Source: Hormiphora californensis
Lineage: Eukaryota > Animalia > Ctenophora
DNA length: 64,000 nt
Reading direction: 5' to 3'
Assembly (NCBI GenBank): GCA_020137815.1
Contig: CM035356.1
Location: forward strand, 6,510,001-6,574,000
Shown here: one piece after another, positions 57,130 through 64,000 of the stretch
Position numbering within the stretch: position 1 is the stretch's first letter
How the letters are laid out: each line of letters starts with the position of its first letter
The notes under the pieces: model-generated
Told to the model about the DNA's origin: nothing
Seen by the model: the letters and a program-made list of their open reading frames with translations, nothing else
The model's database searches: none
Made by a program: the position numbers and the translations under genes

Positions 57130-58490
57130 CCTTCTCTCTCTCTCTCGCTAGACAGATTGGCGTGAAATTACGCGAGAGAACTGACCCAAATACTTTTAAT
57201 ATTTCTTCAAGCAAATCTCTTTGCGCCCCCTAAACATCTTATTTCCTTCTGGCTCCCTCAGTAGGTAGCTCGAAACTTATTAATCTAACATCTCACAGTG
57301 GCAGCAAAACGTTTGTTTTGTTCAAACCTTTTTATTTTAGGGAGGGCCTAACAAGGCAACAAAACGAATAGGGCAGTGTCATACACACATTCGTCATCCC
57401 AGCGAATGCAAAGAAATACAGCTGGGGATAAGGGGGCAGTGCCATACACACATTCGACCGTCTTCCCAGCGAATGCAAAGAAATACAGCTGGGATAAGGG
57501 GACACATATAGATGGATAAAACAGGTGGCGTTTTGGAGAGGGAATGAGATAGGGACTAGGGAGAGAGAGAAGGAGAGAGATAGGGACTATTAGATAGAGG
57601 AATGGGAATATGACTATGGGACGAATGATCAGTATAGATATTCTTTACTCTTTCTCGTCCTTCTCTTCGCTCTTTATTGTTGGAGAGCGACAACGAGAAA
57701 GCTCTGATAGAATTACATAGCACTGAGATCTATGAGAGAGCTGTTCATAGCACTACGCTTCTAAAGCACCTCTGGAAAACTTTAACACTAAATCAGGAGT
57801 ACCTCTACTACTTCACAAATCCAAGAGGCTGTACAAAAGAGTGAAAACCACAACCGCTGACGGAGAGCTGTAAAGATGACCAATGGTCAGGAGATTCTGG
57901 ATGGTGAGAAAATGATGGTTAACTTTTAAAAATAACAGCCAATGAGTCTGGATGTATAAGGAGAAATTCTGGTTTGTTTGGCGGCAGGATAAACGTGAAA
58001 ATTTAAAAACGAAAATGCTATATTTTATTTTTCATTCACTCCCTATACTTGTCTCTAAAATTCAACATCTTTATTTTTCCTTAAACACAAAACAAACGCG
58101 ATATGATTCCCAACGTATTAGACCACAACGATTTAAAGTCACCGTATAGTACTACTCAGCTCCATTTTTACGAGACATGCACAAGATCGTGGTATCATTT
58201 TCAATGAAATTAAAAACATCGTTTTGACGAATAAATATTATGCAGTGACATGTTGTATTACACCACAGTATCACTATATCAAGATATCAATTGCAGACAA
58301 AGCACAAAGCACATGAACACTAACTGCACACGATCAAGGCGGCGGCGGCAGTAGGCCCATAGAGATATTTCAAGAGACAAAACAACAAGTACGGCCCCGG
58401 CTTTGACGCAATACAACTAGTACTGCTGAGATGACGTAGCCAAACAAGCATCACCCGGATTTGTAGAGTTAGTTTTAAGAGGGGGATAGA

Positions 58491-58558
<68 letters not shown>

Positions 58559-59825
58559 GAGAGAGAGAGGGGGGGGGAGAGAGAAGAGAAGAGAAGAGAG
58601 AGAGAGAGAGAGAGAGAGGATGAGAGAGAGAGGAGAGAGAAGAAGAGAGAGAGAGGAGAGAGAGAGGAGAGGAGGAAGAGAGATGAGAGAGAGAGAGAGA
58701 GAGAGGAGAGGGAGGGAGAGAGAGAAAAAAGTGAAAACATTTCTCTCAATGACATGCAAAGTGCAGCAGACTATGGATATATGACGCTACCTAGTATCAG
58801 TTACGGAGAGAATTTAACAGTTCAAGCTATTACAATATTGTAGAAGTGAGATTTTGAAAAGGCTGTACTCAAGGAGGAGAGAGAAGGGGAGAGAGAGAGT
58901 TTAAAATTACCAAGCCATGTATTGCAAGAGCTACTTGAAAAGAGGGCAAAACAATAGATATAATCGGTAGTACGATGGTAACGATAAATATAATGCTACT
59001 TTCCATACTGTACAACTCAGATAAATAAGCTCGAATCCGTGATTAGTTATCAGTTATCAGTGCCTATCCACATATCCGTGATTGGGGAAATGAACCACAG
59101 ATCTGAGCGGATACCAATCTGGGTGGAGCACACGGAAAGAGGGTCTCTCTTCGGCAGCTTCTCTTCGGCTGTTGAAAAGTGATGCCAATCGGTGTTGGGG
59201 TTCGTGAATTTGGAAAAAAAGTCGAGCAAGGCAAACTACTCGAATTTAACCGAACAGTGATCCACAAACTATATCTGCGTTTATTAATCCCACCTACACA
59301 CACGATGAACTATAGTCGGCATATAACTGCAACAATTAGCAATGTTGCCGTATGTTGCTTGTTTGCTACTGTGTTCACAGTGTAAAAGTTTTAACCCGGT
59401 TTTTAACATTTTAATATCACTCGGCAGAAGAGAGAAGGTGGAAGGAAGGAGGAAAGTTACTGAAAGTAAAGATACGAAACAAATCAATAATAAGGGAGAA
59501 TATACATTGTAATGGGTAACCATAGCATAGATATAGCTGAATGGGTAACCACAGCATAGATATAGCTGAAATGAACAACTGTAGGGAATTCATCGTGTAG
59601 AATTGCGGTTTTTAGAATATCACAATTTGTTCGACTTCAATATTCATTCAGGAACAAAACAAAGGAGGGGGAAAGTATGTTGACTGGAATCTACAATTTC
59701 TCTAAATTTCTTTCAGAAAACCCAGTCTGCTCTGAACTCAGCGACTCTCCTACTGCCTACTATTGCCTAGTGCCGCGTGTGTCTGTGAAAGTAGAGTGCA
59801 GGTAACAAAGAGAGAGATAGTGAGT

Positions 59826-59867
<42 letters not shown>

Positions 59868-60077
59868 GTGAGAGAGAGAGAGAGAGAAATGGAGAAATAG
59901 AGAAAAAGAGACAGGGAGATTGTAGGAATTGGTACAACATAAAGTGCTTGTTGGGAAATTTTAACACGCAGCCACCTGCAGTTCCTCCTAGCTCACTTGG
60001 AGTCGGGCCCCTTGAGAGAGAGGGGGAGATGGAGAGAAGGATGGAGAAAGATGGAGAGTGAAAGATGGAGAGTGAAA

Positions 60078-60137
<60 letters not shown>

Positions 60138-61588
60138 GAGAGAAATTATAATTTAAAGTATCAGGCCGGTTTGTCAACATAATTATGAATTGGCGGTACC
60201 ACGCAGTAAAACGTTTTCAATATCATACATAGCGCCGGGATGCCGCGTTTGTTCCTGGTCTATTACTGGTCTAGTTACATTGAATAGTGCTGCAGAACAT
60301 AATACTGTGCCCACAAGCAGTAGCAGAAGTTCAAGCTAATCAATTAAAACTAACGTTAAAAATTTAACGTCATCATCAGTTAAAAATTTAATATTAAATA
60401 CTTCGCAAGTATAGTGGGAATTCAAGTTATAAACCAACCAAATTGCATCGAAATTGTACTAACCTATCATTTGGTGATGCAATCGAGGTTCCCTTTTCTG
60501 CATTTCTTCCTCGCTAAAGTAACTTCCTTGTTCCAGTAACTCCTGCAGTTTACAATACCTCCTGTTCCCTACCACTGGAGAGAGAGAAGAACGTTACAGG
60601 GCGCAGTTAAATAGCAAGCCCCTGATCATAGAATCCTTCACTTCCTGACGAGGGCTACCAAGTATACTGTTTTTGGGATCAATTAGAAAAGGCATGTTAA
60701 TGATGGGTTATTATTAGAATTATATGATCTGTAACATATTACAGATCGTATAATTCTTCTGGAAACACTAAACCTTATTTGCCTAGCTAGACGTCCCCTT
60801 TCCGCTTTCGCATAAAAACAACAAAACAAACCTCTTTTGTGGGGTGCTCCTCTTTTAATTCTCTTCCAGTTAAAATAGTATTCAGCTATAGGGGAGCCTT
60901 CGTGAAATAATACCCTGTGTTTCGCCTGTGCAGAAACATTTTATCGTGAGAGTAATTTAAAACTATTACTTCAGGAGTGGTGAAATCAACTGACTATCGC
61001 GAACGAATAGATCATACTTTAATATTTTAACAAGGTATAATTACATCAGTAAAGTTCTTGAATTGGAATAGAAACCTTGCAGGTCTCGTCGTCAAAAGTT
61101 CCTCAAGGTGCTTTATTTTATCTTCATGACTCGGATCTGGTTCATCTCTCTGTAGAAAATGGGAAACTGGTTGAGGATTTGGGTAATTGAAATTGGATTT
61201 GGGTTGAGCTTTCCTTGTTCGACCATATCTCTCCGCGCCCCGGATGGTTTGATTCTAACTTAGAACATAAAATGGGAATCGGAGTTAGTATGGTACCCCG
61301 ATAACATTATTGTACATTCAATATCAGGAATATTCATGGAATGTCACCAAGACAACGATTTCTAATGGAATTGGTGGCGGTATATTACTGATCAATTTTA
61401 TAAAACGTGAACTAATCTGGTCCAATCACAACGTTCGCCCTATCTGTTACCTGAGGGGTTCACGCCCATGGCAACCGCTAGAATCAAATCAAAACAAAGT
61501 CTGTTACCTGGGTTGAAATGATGGTTATGTCTTTATCAGCTATTATCCGTGCAAATAAGTTCTCTTTTAGACTACATGCATCGGCCAT
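55837..61588 (-). CDS. CCDC97: Coiled-coil domain-containing protein 97 (DUF2052); exon 2 has an apparent homopolymer frameshift
   Basis: Exons 61588-~61508 (MADACSLKENLFARII..STQ), ~61149-61050 (RDEPDP..LEELL..PARFL), ~60575-60465 (NRRYCKLQELLEQGSYFSEEEMQKREPRLHHQMIG), ~56601-56450 (GQFETQEE), 56220-~56069 (FKSIMIERFLDGQD..DYSTIDNNEDYDD), ~55969-55837 (QDAEDAYFDE). Confidence 0.82.
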
Positions 61589-61893
61589 CCTGAGCTAGAG
61601 ACATTACAGGTTTGTTAAAGTATATAAGATGAGGCGTGTTAGTTAGGGGACTATAATGTCAAACGTAGAAAAACAAATTCTAAACCCACGAAAATCACAA
61701 AATTAAAAACATACAGACAATAAATAGCAATCGGCATATAATTACCAGGTGACGTTATTACCTCACAAGTCACACACTCAAATTTGATCTACCGAACCGT
61801 CATACTGACAGAACGTTGTGAGACATTGAATTATTCACACTTTCACAGTGTCAAGCGACTCAAGTGAAACATACAAACTCAAATGTCTCTAAC

Positions 61894-64000
61894 TTAGAAA
61901 ACAGCAAGGGGATCCACAGTTGGATCCGCGTCTTCAATCCCAAAATACATCTTCCTATGTTCCTTGAATCTATGCAGCAGATCTTCAAACGAACTCTGAC
62001 AAAACTTTTCCTCCCCTTTACTGCTTGGCAGGTAAATCTTCGGATGCCACTTCTTGGACCCGAGGAACGGGTTTGAAACCCACAGAATGGTACTGCTCTC
62101 CCTTCCAGGGACGACTCTAACAAGTGCAATGCCGCTAATGTGCACATAATCATGGACACGGTGGGCTATCTTGGCCTCCTGGATGGCTTTCTGGGTGAAA
62201 GTTCCTGCAGGGAAATCATGGAGAAACCCGAATTGGTAGAGCATGGTCTCGATCTCTGTGATGTCGGCACAAGGGATGTCAATGTCAATGGGAGCCCGGA
62301 AGGGAGCCACTTCGGGGGGCATTCGGTCCGGTTTTTGGCCCATTTCGGGGGAATCAAATGGTTTCAGGGGCACTTGGATCAGTTGGAACTTGGCTTTGTC
62401 TGCCTTGCTCCTCCACCGGGATAAGTATGATCCTTCAATCAGTTGAGCGGTGGCCCTATCCCACTCAATAGTCATCCCAAAGGCGTGCTGGACCTTATAA
62501 CAGGAATCAAAATTAACGATAAAAAACTCGTTCCTCTCAATTTCCTTCTCGACACTTTCAATTTCCAAGGGACACCCCAAAATGGGTTCAAAATCGGCAA
62601 ATCTAGCCGGGGTATCCGGGGTGGCAACCTCAAACGGTTCCCTCAAATTCGCAACCGGTGATTCACTACCGCTCTTACTGGCAGTCCGGATATAGTAGAA
62701 ATAGAATCCATCCACAAACAGTGGCGCTTGTCCCCCTTGTGTGTCTGCTAGTTCCACAATTATCCTCTGATCGAGGAGGGTCTGGCAGAATTTGATGGCG
62801 TGGCTGTGGTCCATCATATCAACACGAGATCTCATCACAAACTCAACTAACCACGCTCCCAGGAACGTGTTGGGTGGTAACACTGGGTATTGGTTCTGCC
62901 CTGTCACATGCTGCTTGCCTGTTTTTACAAACCTCATCCCATTCTCTACCGTCACCGTATCTCTAAATTCCTCAAGCTCATTCTTACTCTGGGATATCAG
63001 TTCAGTTGATTTGGTTTTGCTGAACAAACTCATGAACCGTTTGCCCTCCTTCTCCTGGTCACTTTTCACCTGTTCCTCTTCAGAGAACCGATGGGAGAAA
63101 GAGAATCGCTCTGTTTCCACTAGAGTGCCAGTCCGAGGTCTACTGAAATCATCGGGAAGGGGCGAGTTGGGGGCAGATTCCGTTTGAGATAGGCCCAGGG
63201 AGAGACGGTTAGTTGTCTCCCACACGTTTGTCTCGCTGTGTTTCAGGTTGTTGAGTGCAAACAGAATGTTGTAGAATGTATTAGCAATTTCACGATCTGT
63301 AAAGTCGGGGTTGGCCACATTATGATCGCTCTTTCGAAAGAACACATCAGGTCGAGGAACTAGAATGTAGCGTGATTGCCATGGTCTCAGGGTGGAATAA
63401 CTATCGTTTTCAAGATCTTGTGGCCGGTAATCATCGAAATTATCCTTATCCATTAGGGTGACAATCCAATTGTCGAACAAATTCCACTTTTCATCACGCA
63501 TCCAGTCGCGAGTTCGCCGTTCTGAGCGGCACTGAAGCAAGCCCCTTAAACCGTGATTCAGGGCCCCCAAAAAGGGGCTCAAACAATACTTGTAATGCAA
63601 CTTGGACATCTGCCCCTTTTTCTCCGGTTTACTGATTTTAACCTGGATTGGTCCGTGTATGGGGTCCGTTAGATCGATCTCATGATACATGTACCCCTGA
63701 CTAACTGTAACAGTGCTCTTCTTCTGGTGTCTCTTAAGGACCACCTGGAATCCCCTACTGAGTCTCTGCATGACAATCTCCCGTTTTATCATGTTCAAAT
63801 CCACCCGGCTGTTGGAGTTGAGGCCGATCAGGGTGTACGGGGTCTCCCGGCACTTGTCCCGCTGCCTTGGATCCGGGTAGTAGTCAGTTGTGCAGGGGAA
63901 ACAGGCAGGGGTGATGAGACTTTGCCAGTCCATTGTGTTATCTGATGTTGTATCTTGTTCTACTCTCAAACTCATGGACAAACCATGCCATGCACCGATG
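61894..64000 (-). CDS. DEPDC5: GATOR1 complex subunit DEPDC5/Iml1, C-terminal part (SHEN, DEP, CTD); 5' end outside window
   Basis: ORF 61894..63981: DWQSLITPACFPCTTDYYPD, EIVMQRLSRGFQVV, DEP domain (PPNTFLGAWLVEF..AIKFCQTLLDQRII..FVDGFYFYYI), AFGMTIEW..AT..W..KA..FQLIQVP, YVHISG..WVSN. Confidence 0.92.
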   Translation of the reverse strand, partial: IGAWHGLSMSLRVEQDTTSDNTMDWQSLITPACFPCTTDYYPDPRQRDKCRETPYTLIGLNSNSRVDLNMIKREIVMQRLSRGFQVVLKRHQKKSTVTVSQGYMYHEIDLTDPIHGPIQVKISKPEKKGQMSKLHYKYCLSPFLGALNHGLRGLLQCRSERRTRDWMRDEKWNLFDNWIVTLMDKDNFDDYRPQDLENDSYSTLRPWQSRYILVPRPDVFFRKSDHNVANPDFTDREIANTFYNILFALNNLKHSETNVWETTNRLSLGLSQTESAPNSPLPDDFSRPRTGTLVETERFSFSHRFSEEEQVKSDQEKEGKRFMSLFSKTKSTELISQSKNELEEFRDTVTVENGMRFVKTGKQHVTGQNQYPVLPPNTFLGAWLVEFVMRSRVDMMDHSHAIKFCQTLLDQRIIVELADTQGGQAPLFVDGFYFYYIRTASKSGSESPVANLREPFEVATPDTPARFADFEPILGCPLEIESVEKEIERNEFFIVNFDSCYKVQHAFGMTIEWDRATAQLIEGSYLSRWRSKADKAKFQLIQVPLKPFDSPEMGQKPDRMPPEVAPFRAPIDIDIPCADITEIETMLYQFGFLHDFPAGTFTQKAIQEAKIAHRVHDYVHISGIALVRVVPGRESSTILWVSNPFLGSKKWHPKIYLPSSKGEEKFCQSSFEDLLHRFKEHRKMYFGIEDADPTVDPLAVF

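Noticed and set aside
57183-57330. Candidate extra CCDC97 exon
   Set aside because: It has stops and frameshifts, and the 60465-60575 exon already joins in phase to the ~56601 exon
61090-61135. CCDC97 as a pseudogene because of a frameshift in exon 2
   Set aside because: The shift lies in an A-run, the other recognised exons are intact, and the neighbourhood looks error-prone, so a sequencing indel is more likely

Overview
Eukaryotic (animal) genomic DNA with short GT-AG introns and dense small transposons. It is probably a cydippid ctenophore (Pleurobrachia/Hormiphora-like); this is an inference from a recalled dispersed repeat and from the gene architecture. Co-oriented + strand genes run from 1 to 53 kb: a secreted tandem DNRLRE/CBM96-like + cystine-knot protein (5' truncated), a COMTD1-like O-methyltransferase, a four-gene chromatin block (THAP; BED-like finger/heptad repeat/BEN; chromodomain-C2H2; MPP8 orthologue), an L-galactose-dehydrogenase-like aldo-keto reductase, a small coiled-coil gene and NDUFAF1/CIA30. 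Closely spaced - strand genes occupy 54-64 kb (DEPDC5, CCDC97, an unknown gene). Many foldback/MITE elements and intronic tandem repeats are present. The main find is in NDUFAF1 intron 3: a 7.5-kb segment (42885-50360) flanked by an exact 14-bp direct repeat and ending in a stem-loop plus (TAGA)n tail. It carries an intact, intron-containing LDLa-GPCR gene in antisense, and its internal hairpins show almost purely A-to-G changes on the + strand. This points to retro-transduction of an ADAR-edited RNA that moved a whole gene with its intron. Second is an MPP8-derived chromodomain-zinc finger gene beside MPP8 itself. Gene models were spliced and translated by eye and family calls come from recalled motifs, not searches, so boundaries may be off by a few bases.
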